NCBI GenBank assembly: GCA_040754455.1
Contig: JBFMCP010000002.1
Span: forward strand, 96,001-160,000
Length of the DNA stretch: 64,000 nucleotides
DNA from: Nitrospirota bacterium
GTDB lineage: Bacteria; Nitrospirota; Thermodesulfovibrionia; Thermodesulfovibrionales; Dissulfurispiraceae
Reading direction: 5' to 3'
Under the pieces are notes generated by a model. That model made no database searches. It was given only the letters and a program-made list of their open reading frames with translations, and was not told the origin of the DNA. This document shows, one piece after another, positions 26,319 through 36,624 of the stretch (the first letter of the stretch is position 1; the number at the start of each line of letters is the position of its first letter). A program made the translations under genes and the position numbers.

Positions 26319-26394
26319 TGGTGGACGGTAGGGGATTCGAACCCCCGGCCCCCACGTTGCGAACGTGATGCTCTCCCAGCTGAGCTAACCGCCC
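26319..26394 (-). tRNA. tRNA-Ala(CGC)
   Basis: GGGCGGT...TT-CGC-AA...ACCGTCCACCA with G3:U70 pair. Confidence 0.95.
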
Positions 26395-26470
26395 AAAACC
26401 ATGTAGTGCGCCAAAAGTGCCAATAAGGTGGGTGTTATGACTATTCTTTTGCGTCATAACACGCTGTGCT

Positions 26471-27013
26471 CTACTGCTTCATGCCCTTTTTCATTTTAAC
26501 AAATCTGGTGAATAAATGGTGCCGTGCGGACTTTCTCTCAAACCCCGCAGCCTCGAAAAGACGCACGGTCTTTTCCATAGCCGCCTTCCCCACCTCTATG
26601 GTCGGTTCGTAAATGACAAGAATGCCCCCCGGTCTGACAGCGTTCCCTATAATTTTTGCGGCGTCTGCCTGGTTGCTTATTTCATGGAAGCTATAGTAGA
26701 GCAGCGCCACATCGGCGATCGCCATGCCGGGATCATACTGTGCAATATCGGCCTGGATGATCTCTATTTTGGGCCCGAAGTGTTGCACCCGACGCTTCAG
26801 CTTTCGCACCATGCCTTCCTGCAGCTCGACAGCGTAGACCTTTTTCGCCCTCCGGGCAAGCGCTTCGGTAAAGAACCCGTTGCCTGCGCCGATTTCGAGG
26901 ACAGCGGACTGTTCATTGATCCCTGACTCATCCATGACCTGTTCCCTGTCGGTCAGGATCTTGCGTATCGGGTTGTAGAGGATAAAAGAGAGAGAGGAGG
27001 GGCAGACATGCAT
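26471..27013 (-). CDS. Class I SAM-dependent methyltransferase
   Basis: VLEIGAGNG motif I, RPGG. Confidence 0.88.
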   Translation of the reverse strand: MHVCPSSLSFILYNPIRKILTDREQVMDESGINEQSAVLEIGAGNGFFTEALARRAKKVYAVELQEGMVRKLKRRVQHFGPKIEIIQADIAQYDPGMAIADVALLYYSFHEISNQADAAKIIGNAVRPGGILVIYEPTIEVGKAAMEKTVRLFEAAGFERKSARHHLFTRFVKMKKGMKQ

Positions 27014-27178
27014 GGTCGTACGTTCTCCTTGGGAACACAGGATTATGATGCTATTAAAGTATAACGTTTTCGGATTTCTCCCCGCAAATGACCGAAAGGG
27101 CGAGAGCAGATGGTGATTGTCAACAGGGAGAAAGAAAACATATAATATCTGGCAACTCTACTGAAAGGTCCCTCTGCT

Positions 27179-27880
27179 ATGGAACGATGCATCGGCACTC
27201 TCCCGCTCGGTACCATGCCCCTTATTGCGGGGGCATTGACGGACAGCGATGTGGTTAATCTGGATCGTGAGGCGGTGGATGCTGCGGATATCCTCGAACT
27301 CCGCGTCGATATGTTCGATACCCTCTCGCCTGACCATATCGAGGCCGTGTTCAAAGAAGCGAGAGATAAATTCCGGAAGCCTCTCCTCGCAACCATCAGA
27401 GCGGTGAGGGAAGGAGGGCAGAAGGATATCGAGGACAGGACAGCTCTCTACCAGGTGGCTCTTCCACTTTCAGATGCCGCAGATGTGGAGATATACTCGG
27501 ATGAGCCCTTTGCTGCAGTAAAGGCCCTTTGTGTTGCCTACAAGAAACCGCTCATCGGGTCATACCATAATTTCGAGCATACCCCTGACGACTGTTTTCT
27601 GGATGAGGTGGTGGCAAAAGGAAAAGAGGCGGATATCGTAAAAATTGCGGCAATGGCGAATGAACAGGAGGACATGGTGCGGCTTGCGCTTTTTACCTTC
27701 CGCCATCGCGAGAGGGGAATGATTACCATGTCCATGGGAGACAGGGGGCTGCCGTCGCGGGTATTCAATCCCCTCTTCGGGTCGCTCATGACCTACGGCT
27801 ATGTTACGCGGCCATCAGCACCGGGGCAACTTTCGATTGCAGAATTAGCGGATATTCTGAGGCGACTTAAGCTGCGGTAG
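27179..27880 (+). CDS. aroD: Type I 3-dehydroquinate dehydratase
   Basis: LELRVD, TIR...EGG, SYHNF, DIVKIA, SAPGQ. Confidence 0.92.
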   Translation: MERCIGTLPLGTMPLIAGALTDSDVVNLDREAVDAADILELRVDMFDTLSPDHIEAVFKEARDKFRKPLLATIRAVREGGQKDIEDRTALYQVALPLSDAADVEIYSDEPFAAVKALCVAYKKPLIGSYHNFEHTPDDCFLDEVVAKGKEADIVKIAAMANEQEDMVRLALFTFRHRERGMITMSMGDRGLPSRVFNPLFGSLMTYGYVTRPSAPGQLSIAELADILRRLKLR

Positions 27881-29230
27881 GTCGATTATCTTCTGGTTGC
27901 CCACCAGAACGAGCACATAGGCATCGGGACGGAGATACTTCTTGGCGACCCTCAGCACATCCTCTTTTGTAACACTATTGATATAATCAGGATACTTTTG
28001 GATATAGTCGTCCCCCAGGTTGTAGAACTGCGCGACAGGCATAAAATCGGCGATCTTTCTACTCGTTTCAAACCGTCTCGGGAAGCTTCCGGTAAGATAG
28101 GCCTTTGCATCACTGAGTTCCTGATCTGAAACCGGCTCGGTCCTCATCTTCTCCATCTGTTTCACGATTTCATCGATCACGGTCCGTGCCGATTCGTTTT
28201 TTGTCTGGACCTCCACCTCGAACTGCCCCCCCTCCTTATTGCCGATAAAGGCGCTGCTGATGCCGTAGGTGAGCCCCCTTTCATCCCTGATGACCTGCAT
28301 CAGCCGTGAGGCAAAACCGCCGCCGCCCAGTATGTAGTTCATGACCTGGACTGCATAATAGTCGGGGTTGCTCCGGGCAATGCCGATATGGCCGAGAATA
28401 ATATTCGCCTGGGTAATATCCCTGTCGATGGGAACCAGCTTTATCACTGAGGGAGTAAGGAGCGCGGGTGCCGGCCTTTCCCCTCTGCTGCCGGCAGGAG
28501 CTCTCTCGGACCGTTCGGCACCTTTCTCCCAGCCGGCGAGGTATTTTTTGACGAGCGCATCCAGTTCTCCGGGGGTAAGGTCGCCGACAACGGAGAGCAC
28601 AGCATTGTTCGGTGCATAGTAGGTGCGGTAAAAGTCCAGGACGTCATTTCGCTGTATACGCTCGACGCTCTCAATACTGCCCTCCACCAGCCTCCCGTAT
28701 GCGTGGTCGCCGAAAACCTCCCTTATGAAAGCCCTGTTGGCGATGAAGGCGGGATCCTCTTCGCGCTGGCGCAGGGCGCCTTTGATCAATTCCTTTTTTC
28801 TCTTGAGCTCATCTTCCTGGAACACGGGATGCAGAAGTACATCGGAGAATATCTCGAACCCTTTCTCTACATCCTTTTTCATTACCGAAAGGGAGACAGT
28901 GGTAAAATCGCTGGTAGTGGTCGCATCGATCGAGGCGCCCAGGAATTCGATATCCTCACTGATTTTTGACGCACTCCTCGTGGTGGTCCCCTCAGTCAGC
29001 ATCTTTGAGGTCAGATAGGCGACCCCGGCCCTATCAGGAGACTCATCAAGAGGAGATGCCTTTACCAGGAGCGTGACCATGACGATGGGGAGATTATGTC
29101 GTTCCACCTGCATGACGGGGAGACCGTTCGGCATTACACGCTTTTTGATATCAAGGGCGTAAGCGCCAAAATTAAGGAGTAAGAGTAGAAGATTGAAAAG
29201 AAGGAAGGGTAATACTATTTTTCTTCTCAT
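27845..29230 (-). CDS. M16 peptidase-like subunit (non-catalytic)
   Basis: M16 fold lacking HxxEH; LGGGGFASRL, RDERGLTY. Confidence 0.88.
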   Translation of the reverse strand: MRRKIVLPFLLFNLLLLLLNFGAYALDIKKRVMPNGLPVMQVERHNLPIVMVTLLVKASPLDESPDRAGVAYLTSKMLTEGTTTRSASKISEDIEFLGASIDATTTSDFTTVSLSVMKKDVEKGFEIFSDVLLHPVFQEDELKRKKELIKGALRQREEDPAFIANRAFIREVFGDHAYGRLVEGSIESVERIQRNDVLDFYRTYYAPNNAVLSVVGDLTPGELDALVKKYLAGWEKGAERSERAPAGSRGERPAPALLTPSVIKLVPIDRDITQANIILGHIGIARSNPDYYAVQVMNYILGGGGFASRLMQVIRDERGLTYGISSAFIGNKEGGQFEVEVQTKNESARTVIDEIVKQMEKMRTEPVSDQELSDAKAYLTGSFPRRFETSRKIADFMPVAQFYNLGDDYIQKYPDYINSVTKEDVLRVAKKYLRPDAYVLVLVGNQKIIDLPQLKSPQNIR

Positions 29231-30558
29231 TGCGCACCCTTTTTCGGGAGCAGGACGCCCACGGTCTTATTGGTGTTACTGAAATATTTCTTTGCCACTG
29301 CCTGCACATCTTCAGCCTTTACCTTTCTGATTCCTTCGAGATACGTGTCCATGAGCTTCCAGCCGCCGATCATTTCGAACATGCCAGTATGCATGGCTTT
29401 TGAATAGTTTGAGTCCTGGGCGAAGATGAAGGCTGCCTCAACCTGGTTCTTTGCCTTTTGCACCTCTTCTGGTGAAGGCGGTTCTTTGATGACCCTTTCC
29501 ATTTCCTCATAGAGCGCCTGCTCTATGTCCTCAATGCTCTTGCCTGGAGCGGCGTTGGCGCCGAGGACGAAGAGGAAGGGATCCCGGTAGAGATTGTTGT
29601 AGTCTGCAAAGGCGCTGATGGCAATCCTCTTTTCGTACACCAGGCTCCGGTAGAGACGCGAGCTCCTGCCGCCGGAAAGTATAGTGGATAATACATCAAG
29701 GGCATAGTTGTCCTCATGAGGAAACGTGGGGACATGATAGGCAATCAAAATATAGGGGAGCTCAGCGGTTTCCTTTCTGATGGTGATCCGTTTCTCGCCC
29801 TGCTGGGGCGGCTCGATGGTCGCAACTTCCTGCCTGCCGTTCTCAACAGGAGGGATGCTGCCGAACTCTTTTTCTATGTGGGGCACTATCTTGTCGGGAT
29901 AGACATCTCCCGCGATCACAATAAAGGCATTATTGGGAGCATAATATTTCCGGTAATAGTGATAAAGATCATCCCGCTCAATCGATGCGATATCGGACAT
30001 CCATCCGATGACCGGCCACCGATAGGGGTGCGCATTAAAGGCGGTGACGACCATCTCTTCGTAGAGGAGATTCTGTGGGTCGTCAACATAACGCATGCGC
30101 CGCTCCTCCATTACTACGTTTCTTTCGGCAATCACCTCTTGAGGGTCGAGCAGGAGATTGCGCATCCGGTCTGCCTCAAGTTCTATCGAAATGCCGATCC
30201 GGTCCGACGCGAGGGACTGGAAATAGGTGGTGTATTCCTTTGTGGTAAAAGCGTTGTCGGTGCCGCCGTTGCGCTGGATGATATTGGAGAACTGCTTTGA
30301 ACCGTACTTCGGCGTCCCCTTGAACATCATATGCTCAAGGAGATGGCTCATCCCTGTCTTGCCGAGCGGCTCATTCCGAGAGCCAACCCGGTACCACACC
30401 TCAAAGACCGCCAGCGGCGCCTTGTGATCCTCGACAATGATGACCTTCATACCGTTTTTGAGGGTATACGCCGTTGTCGATGCGGTGATTGAGGCGGCGT
30501 GAGCAAAGACAGGAACAAGGAGGAAAATAACAAATAAAATCGGGAATAAACGTCGCAT
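29227..30558 (-). CDS. M16 zinc peptidase (catalytic subunit, signal peptide)
   Basis: HLLEHMMFKGT, NAFT. Confidence 0.92.
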   Translation of the reverse strand: MRRLFPILFVIFLLVPVFAHAASITASTTAYTLKNGMKVIIVEDHKAPLAVFEVWYRVGSRNEPLGKTGMSHLLEHMMFKGTPKYGSKQFSNIIQRNGGTDNAFTTKEYTTYFQSLASDRIGISIELEADRMRNLLLDPQEVIAERNVVMEERRMRYVDDPQNLLYEEMVVTAFNAHPYRWPVIGWMSDIASIERDDLYHYYRKYYAPNNAFIVIAGDVYPDKIVPHIEKEFGSIPPVENGRQEVATIEPPQQGEKRITIRKETAELPYILIAYHVPTFPHEDNYALDVLSTILSGGRSSRLYRSLVYEKRIAISAFADYNNLYRDPFLFVLGANAAPGKSIEDIEQALYEEMERVIKEPPSPEEVQKAKNQVEAAFIFAQDSNYSKAMHTGMFEMIGGWKLMDTYLEGIRKVKAEDVQAVAKKYFSNTNKTVGVLLPKKGAQ

Positions 30559-30669
30559 ACCTCCTACTATATCAGAATCATCGGCGCTGGGGCAAATTGT
30601 ACGGAGGAGCGGGTGAGGACAGCTTCTGTTCCCGATGAAGGATTTCTCATTCCGGCCACCTGCCGGAGA

Positions 30670-30882
30670 TCAAACTCTTCAGGAACCTCCATAGCCGATG
30701 GTCACCTTGCCCTCTTCGACAATGACCGGCACCTGCCTGACACCGTTCGAATGCCTCAGCATTTCCTCCATGCTTGTGTTATCCGCCTTCACATCAACGT
30801 ACTGTGCCTTATCACCGTAAGCCGACAGGGCTTTTGCGGTGAAGGGTCAACCGGCCTTTCCATAGATGATGATCTTCACCAT
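30670..30882 (-). CDS. Uxx-star-type glutaredoxin-like selenoprotein with two Sec residues
   Basis: MVKIIIYGKAG-U-PFT...RQVPVIV...IGYGGS-U-RV*; SD AAGGAGG; a hairpin follows each UGA. Confidence 0.88.
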
Positions 30883-30969
30883 AACTACCCCCTCCTTCGA
30901 AATTCTAATTTTCAAAACACGTTTTGAGTTTTGATCATTTGGATTTGTTTGGGATGTATATATTCGAAT

Positions 30970-31248
30970 TTAGGATTTGTCTTCTCTCCAGACTTCTATC
31001 GCAACTTCAGGACACATCGTAGCGCACATGGCGCAGCCGGTGCATCGTTCGGGGTGCGCAAAATGAGCGGGAAAGCAGCCGATGCTATTGAATTCCCGTT
31101 CGATAGTGATGGAACCCTTAGGGCATGTACTGATGCAGTAGCCGCAGCCCTTGCAGAGTTCACGGTCGATTACAATAGTGCCTTTGATTTTTCTTGGTGC
31201 GCCTTTTTTCGCCTTTATCATCGTCTTCATTAAGGTGTAAGTAGTCAT
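30970..31248 (-). CDS. 2x[4Fe-4S] ferredoxin (2-oxoacid:ferredoxin oxidoreductase delta-like)
   Basis: CKGCGYCISTCP and CTGCAMCATMCP. Confidence 0.88.
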   Translation of the reverse strand: MTTYTLMKTMIKAKKGAPRKIKGTIVIDRELCKGCGYCISTCPKGSITIEREFNSIGCFPAHFAHPERCTGCAMCATMCPEVAIEVWREDKS

Positions 31249-31298
31249 GAGTAGAGAAAACGCACTCAGAAACGTGATGATTTTAATTCCCGTTCTCC

Positions 31299-33011
31299 TT
31301 ACTTGTCAATACCGAGCAGCTCTCCGGCATGTTTCAGGGAGCCTTCGGTAATGCGGCCGCTGAGCATGCGGGCGATCTCGTTGCGCCGCTCCATACCGGT
31401 GATCGGGGTGACGCTGACCGTCGCCTTGTTACCCGTAAGGGCCTTCTCGATCTTCAGGTGGTAGTCGGCAAGTGCGGCGATCTGCGGGAGGTGGGTGATA
31501 CAGAGGACCTGGTACCGCTCTGCAATATCTTTCAGCCTCTTTCCCACATGCCGGGCAGTGACCCCGCCGATCCCCGCATCCACCTCATCAAAGATCAAAG
31601 TGATGGGCGATGGATGAGGGGTGACGCGTGGGGACTTTTTATTTCTTTTTTTCGACTCATCACTCATTACTCCTGACTCATTACTGATTTCAATGCACTT
31701 CAATGCAAGCATAATCCGCGACAGCTCTCCTCCCGACGCTACTTTTATCAGGGGTTTGGGGGGCTCTCCCGGATTGGCCGACAAGAGGAACTCGACATCA
31801 TCACTACCGGTCGACGTAACGGCATCCCTCTTTTTCATATCTACCCTGAATTCGGCCTTTTGGAACCCAAGCTCTTTAAGTTCGTTCATCACCAGTTTTT
31901 CGAGCTTTCCGGCAGCTATTCGTCTCTTTCCGGACAACTCTTCCGCCATTGCCCGGAGCTGTTCTTCCTTGATGTTCAGCTCATGTTCGGAAGTTTCGAG
32001 CTGCTCATCAATATGTTCCAGGCTTCTCAATTCCTCTTCAGCCGCATTCCTGTAGCTGAGAATTGCATCGATATCCTCACCGTACTTTCTCTCGAGCCGC
32101 TTGATCAGCTCAAGGCGTTCATCGAGTTCGGTGAGCCGCTGGGGATCGATGTCGTATTTATCTTTGAATTTCCGTAGGAGAATCGCAGAATCCTCGAGCA
32201 GCGGAAGCGCCGATTCAAGGATTGTCAGAAGTTCCTGGGCGCCCTGGTCGATGTGCGCCATATCCCGCACCTTTGCAAGTACCGTTGAGAGATGTTCGAT
32301 CGATGAGCCTTCAGACTCATAGAGCAACATATAGGCGGTTTCGGAAGATTCCTTCAGTTTGTTGAGATTGAGCAGTATGGCCCTTTCTTCCTCGAGGACG
32401 GCTTTTTCACCCGCTCTCAGTTGCGCAGTGTCGATCTCGTTGACCTGGAAACGCAGGAAATCGATTCTCTGCCCCCGTTCGCGGACGCGCGTCCGCATCT
32501 CGGCAATCCGGCTCCTCATATCCGCTATCTCACGGTAGAGCGATTGCAGGGAGAGGGACGGTGCCTCAAGCCCGCCGTAGGAATCGAGAAACGACAAATG
32601 GGCCTCTTTCCTCAGAAGGCTCTGGTGCTCGTGCTGGCCGTGGATATCGACGAGGCTGCTGCCTATTGCGGAGAGCGTCTGCATGCTTACCGGCGAGTCG
32701 TTAACATAGGCCCTCCCTTTCCCCTGTGAAGAGATGCTTCTCCTCAGGATGATCCCTTCTTCGCTCGCTATGGAGAGATCCTCAAGGACCGGGTGGGTGG
32801 TCGTATCGAAAAATGCTTCGACGAGGGCCTCTTTCCTTCCGGTCTTGATCATGTCCTGGGAAGCCTTGCTGCCGAGGAGAAGGCCGATGGCGTCGACGAT
32901 GATTGATTTGCCGGCCCCGGTTTCGCCGGTGAGGATAGTGAGACCGGGCTCGAATTCGATGGTCAGGTCATCAATAATAGTAAAGTTGCTGATGCGTAAT
33001 TCCTTGAGCAT
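31299..33011 (-). CDS. recN: DNA repair protein RecN
   Basis: TGETGAGKS, IHGQHEHQ, ASGGELSR, IFDEVDAG. Confidence 0.96.
   Translation of the reverse strand: MLKELRISNFTIIDDLTIEFEPGLTILTGETGAGKSIIVDAIGLLLGSKASQDMIKTGRKEALVEAFFDTTTHPVLEDLSIASEEGIILRRSISSQGKGRAYVNDSPVSMQTLSAIGSSLVDIHGQHEHQSLLRKEAHLSFLDSYGGLEAPSLSLQSLYREIADMRSRIAEMRTRVRERGQRIDFLRFQVNEIDTAQLRAGEKAVLEEERAILLNLNKLKESSETAYMLLYESEGSSIEHLSTVLAKVRDMAHIDQGAQELLTILESALPLLEDSAILLRKFKDKYDIDPQRLTELDERLELIKRLERKYGEDIDAILSYRNAAEEELRSLEHIDEQLETSEHELNIKEEQLRAMAEELSGKRRIAAGKLEKLVMNELKELGFQKAEFRVDMKKRDAVTSTGSDDVEFLLSANPGEPPKPLIKVASGGELSRIMLALKCIEISNESGVMSDESKKRNKKSPRVTPHPSPITLIFDEVDAGIGGVTARHVGKRLKDIAERYQVLCITHLPQIAALADYHLKIEKALTGNKATVSVTPITGMERRNEIARMLSGRITEGSLKHAGELLGIDK
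31600..31685. repeat. Inverted heptamer arrays inserted in-frame in recN
   Basis: GTGATGG-type units facing CTCATCA/CTCATTA units. Confidence 0.7.
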
Positions 33012-33111
33012 CCCCTCATACTCGATTGATGATTTCAGATTTGTGATCTATGATTATAATGTGATGCCGTTGAAAATCACAAATTGCATTCATCGATCAT
33101 CAAGCGACAAT

Positions 33112-34356
33112 CTAAAATATGCTTTTAAAATCTTCCTCTTTTACGGGACCAAGGACGGTGAGGCTCATTTTGCCCTCGTTGATGAGGCGACGGGCGAGGT
33201 CTTGCACCTGCTTGAGGGATACAGCTTCGATCTCTTTCATAATCTCATTCTGTGTAAAGTATCTTCCGTAATATATTTCTTGTCGGGCAATGCTCTGCAT
33301 CCTGTTGCTGGTCGATTCAAGACCGAGGACGATATTGCCTTTGAGCTGGTCCTTTGCCCTCCTGAGCTCGATGTCGGTCAGCGTTTCATGAAGCTCTTTC
33401 ATTTCCTTGATGATCAGCTCCGTCACCGTCTTTGCCCGCTTCTTTCCGGTGCCGGCATACACCGACCAGAAACCGGTGTCCAGATATGAAGAGGCAAAGG
33501 AGTAAATGGAGTAGGCGTATCCTTTCCTTTCACGTATTTCCTGAAAGAGCCGTGAGCTGACGCTCGACCCGAGAATGGAATTCAGTACCCCGATGGCATA
33601 CCGCTCGTCGCTCCCGAAGGGAAGGCCCTCGACGCCGAGACAAATATGGGTCTCTGAAAGATCCTTTGGAAATACGGCAATAGCGCTGTTAAACGACGGG
33701 GGTGAAAAAAGCTCGGGCTCGGAGCCCCTCCTGAGCGCCCCGAGGTAGTGGTTGAGCAGGTTCAGGACGAACTCCGGATCGAAGTTCCCTGCACAGGCCA
33801 CGACGGTATCGGCAGTGCCGTAATACTTTCTGACGTGGCTGGTGAGGTCGTCGCGGGTGAAGGTCTTGATCGTCTCCCGCCGCCCCAACACCGGCTGGCC
33901 GAGACCAGTATTGCCCCAGACGGTCTGGCTGAAGAGGTCATGGATGTAGTCGTCCGGCGTGTCCTCGACCAGCATGATCTCCTCTTTTATGACGCCCTTC
34001 TCTTTCTCGATTTCCTCTTCGGGAAAGGTTGAGTGCAAAAAGAGGTCGGAGAGCAACTCGATGCCCTTGTCGATGTATTCATCGAGCACTTTTATGTAGA
34101 AGGCGGTGTTCTCGCGCGAGGTAAAGGCGTTCAGGTCGCCGCCGAGCGAATCTATGGCAATGGCGATATCGGTGGCGGAACGCTTTTTGGTCCCCTTGAA
34201 GAACATATGTTCAAGGAAGTGGGAAATGCCGTTTTTTTCGGGCACCTCATTGCGGGAGCCCACTTTTACCCATATGCCGATGATGACGGAGCGAAAATTT
34301 TTCAGCTGCTCCATGACCACCGGCATGCCGTTGTCGAGATATTTTTTTGTAAACAT
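33112..34356 (-). CDS. M16 zinc peptidase (pnp-associated)
   Basis: HFLEHMFFKGT, SSRLFQEIRE. Confidence 0.92.
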   Translation of the reverse strand: MFTKKYLDNGMPVVMEQLKNFRSVIIGIWVKVGSRNEVPEKNGISHFLEHMFFKGTKKRSATDIAIAIDSLGGDLNAFTSRENTAFYIKVLDEYIDKGIELLSDLFLHSTFPEEEIEKEKGVIKEEIMLVEDTPDDYIHDLFSQTVWGNTGLGQPVLGRRETIKTFTRDDLTSHVRKYYGTADTVVACAGNFDPEFVLNLLNHYLGALRRGSEPELFSPPSFNSAIAVFPKDLSETHICLGVEGLPFGSDERYAIGVLNSILGSSVSSRLFQEIRERKGYAYSIYSFASSYLDTGFWSVYAGTGKKRAKTVTELIIKEMKELHETLTDIELRRAKDQLKGNIVLGLESTSNRMQSIARQEIYYGRYFTQNEIMKEIEAVSLKQVQDLARRLINEGKMSLTVLGPVKEEDFKSIF

Positions 34357-34452
34357 AGTTGTGTTATGGCGTTGTAATGAACAGCGTTCGGCGTCAGGAT
34401 AAAAATAATACTGCGCCATAAGTTTGCACCTTATAGCGCAGTACGCTGAACG

Positions 34453-36570
34453 CTATGAACGGCTTTGCTCGCGCAGCACTTCTTTCCTGCTGAGCCTGAC
34501 TCTCCCCTGATTGTCGATTTCGATGACTTTGACCATTACTTCATCGCCGACATTCAACTCATCGGTGACTTTGGCGATTCTTTTCTCCGAAATCTGTGAT
34601 ATGTGGAGGAGCCCGTCGACTCCGGGAAGTATCTCGACAAAGGCGCCGAAATCGGTGATCCTCACCACTTTCCCTTTGTATATCTTGTGCAGCTCCGCTT
34701 CGGCAACGATGCCGTTGATAATCTCAATCGCCTTCTTCGCCGATTCTTCATCGGAGGAAGCGATATTGATCAACCCCGAATCATCGATGTCGATCTTGAC
34801 ACCGGTCTGCTCGATGATGCCCCGGATGACCTTTCCTCCGGTCCCGATGACGTCGCGTATCTTATCCTGCTTGATCTGCATGGTGAAGATGCGCGGTGCA
34901 TGGGGAGAGAGTGTTGCTCTCGGTCCGGGCAGCGCCTCCTTCATCTTTCCAAGGATATGGAGCCTGCCGATCCGCGCCTGCTCAAGGGCATCCTGGAGGA
35001 TCCGGCGGCTTACGCCGCTGATCTTCACGTCCATCTGGAAGGCGGTGATGCCCTTTTCGGTGCCGGCAACCTTGAAATCCATATCGCCGAGGTGGTCCTC
35101 AAGCCCGAGGATATCGGTGAGTACAACGACCTTTTCCTCCTCTTTGATAAGGCCCATGGCGATACCCGCCACCGGCGCAGTGATCGGGACGCCCGCATCC
35201 ATCAAAGAGAGCGTCGCACCGCAGACCGTCGCCATTGATGACGAGCCGTTGGACTCGAGGACATCGGAGACAACGCGGATCGTGTAGGGGAACTGCTCTT
35301 TTGTCGGAAGCACGTATTTCAAGGCGCGCTCGGCGAGCGCTCCATGTCCGATCTCCCGCCGCCCCGGAGAGCGCAGCGGCTTTACCTCGCCGACACTGAA
35401 GGGGGGGAAGTTGTAGTGGAGCATAAACGTTTTGTAGGTTTCACCTTCAAGGGAATCTATTTTCTGTTCATCGTCGGCAGTGCCGAGGGTCGCTGCAACC
35501 AATGCCTGGGTTTCGCCCCTGGTGAAGAGCGCCGAACCGTGGACCCGCGGCAGGAAGCCGAGGAGACAGCTGATATGTCGAATCTCGTTGGGTTTCCGGT
35601 TGTCCACCCGTACTCCCTCGTTGAGGATCATATTCCGTACGATTTCTTTCTCGTAGTCGTCGTAGATGTTGGCGATATCCCGCGTGAGGTCCTTTTCAGC
35701 GTTGCCGAAGAAGCGCTCCGCGCGATCGGGGGTGTTGAGGTGCTTGATAGCATCTTCGAGGATAAGGTCCAGCGCTTCCTGGCGCTGCTGCTTTCCCGCA
35801 ATACGTATTGCCTCTTGTATCCGCTCCGCCACATACGCCCGTACTTCGTTCTTGAGCTCGGCCTTTTCTTCGACCGGCGCAACGGGCCGTTTTTCTTTAC
35901 CGACGAGTTTTCTCAAGTCATTCTGAAGCGCTACGATTCTCTTTATTTCAGCATGGGCGAAGTCGATTGCCTCGAGGAGCTGTCCCTCTGAAACTTCCGA
36001 TCCTCCGCCTTCAACCATAATTACTGCTTCATCTGTTCCGGCAACGACGAGGTTGAGCGTGAGCCGGTCGATTTCGGACAGGTCGGGATTGATCACGAGG
36101 GCACCCTCGATCATGCCGACACGTACCGCTCCTACAGGGCCGCCGAAGGGAATGTCCGATATATGGACGGCAGCGGACATACCGATGACACCAAGGATGT
36201 CCGACACATTCTCGTCACCGTAGGAAAGCACCGATGCGATTCCCTGGGTCTCCGAATAGAACCCTTTCGGGAACAACGGTCTCAGGGGGCGATCGATGAG
36301 ACGTGAGGTAAGGACTTCCTTCTCCGAGGGCTTTCCCTCCCGCTTGAAGAAGCCGCCGGGAATCTTTCCCGCTGAATAGGTCTTTTCCTGGTAATCGATG
36401 GTAAGAGGGAAGAAATCCAATCCCTCCTTTACTCTCTTGTCTGCTACTGCAGTGGCAAGGACGACCGTATCGCCGTACCGTACCACAACGGCGCCGCCTG
36501 ACTGCCGCGCCATCTGCCCAGTCTCTAGGATCAGGCGTTTTCCTCTTAGTTCAAGTTCTACTTTTGTCAT
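34453..36570 (-). CDS. pnp: Polyribonucleotide nucleotidyltransferase
   Basis: FFPLT, RREIGHG, ESNGSSSMA, KH and S1 domains. Confidence 0.98.
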   Translation of the reverse strand: MTKVELELRGKRLILETGQMARQSGGAVVVRYGDTVVLATAVADKRVKEGLDFFPLTIDYQEKTYSAGKIPGGFFKREGKPSEKEVLTSRLIDRPLRPLFPKGFYSETQGIASVLSYGDENVSDILGVIGMSAAVHISDIPFGGPVGAVRVGMIEGALVINPDLSEIDRLTLNLVVAGTDEAVIMVEGGGSEVSEGQLLEAIDFAHAEIKRIVALQNDLRKLVGKEKRPVAPVEEKAELKNEVRAYVAERIQEAIRIAGKQQRQEALDLILEDAIKHLNTPDRAERFFGNAEKDLTRDIANIYDDYEKEIVRNMILNEGVRVDNRKPNEIRHISCLLGFLPRVHGSALFTRGETQALVAATLGTADDEQKIDSLEGETYKTFMLHYNFPPFSVGEVKPLRSPGRREIGHGALAERALKYVLPTKEQFPYTIRVVSDVLESNGSSSMATVCGATLSLMDAGVPITAPVAGIAMGLIKEEEKVVVLTDILGLEDHLGDMDFKVAGTEKGITAFQMDVKISGVSRRILQDALEQARIGRLHILGKMKEALPGPRATLSPHAPRIFTMQIKQDKIRDVIGTGGKVIRGIIEQTGVKIDIDDSGLINIASSDEESAKKAIEIINGIVAEAELHKIYKGKVVRITDFGAFVEILPGVDGLLHISQISEKRIAKVTDELNVGDEVMVKVIEIDNQGRVRLSRKEVLREQSRS

Positions 36571-36624
36571 CAAACTCTCTTTCTATCTCTTTAGTGTGCT
36601 TTGTTCAGTGCCAGAAGGGTGTTC

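Noticed and set aside
26058..26457. ORFs 26058-26426 (+) and 26182-26457 (-)
   Set aside because: Both overlap tRNA-Ala; spurious
30613..30927. 104-aa plus-strand ORF, or a pseudogene reading of the minus strand
   Set aside because: Better explained as the shadow of a minus-strand selenoprotein with SD, redox-motif UGA and hairpins
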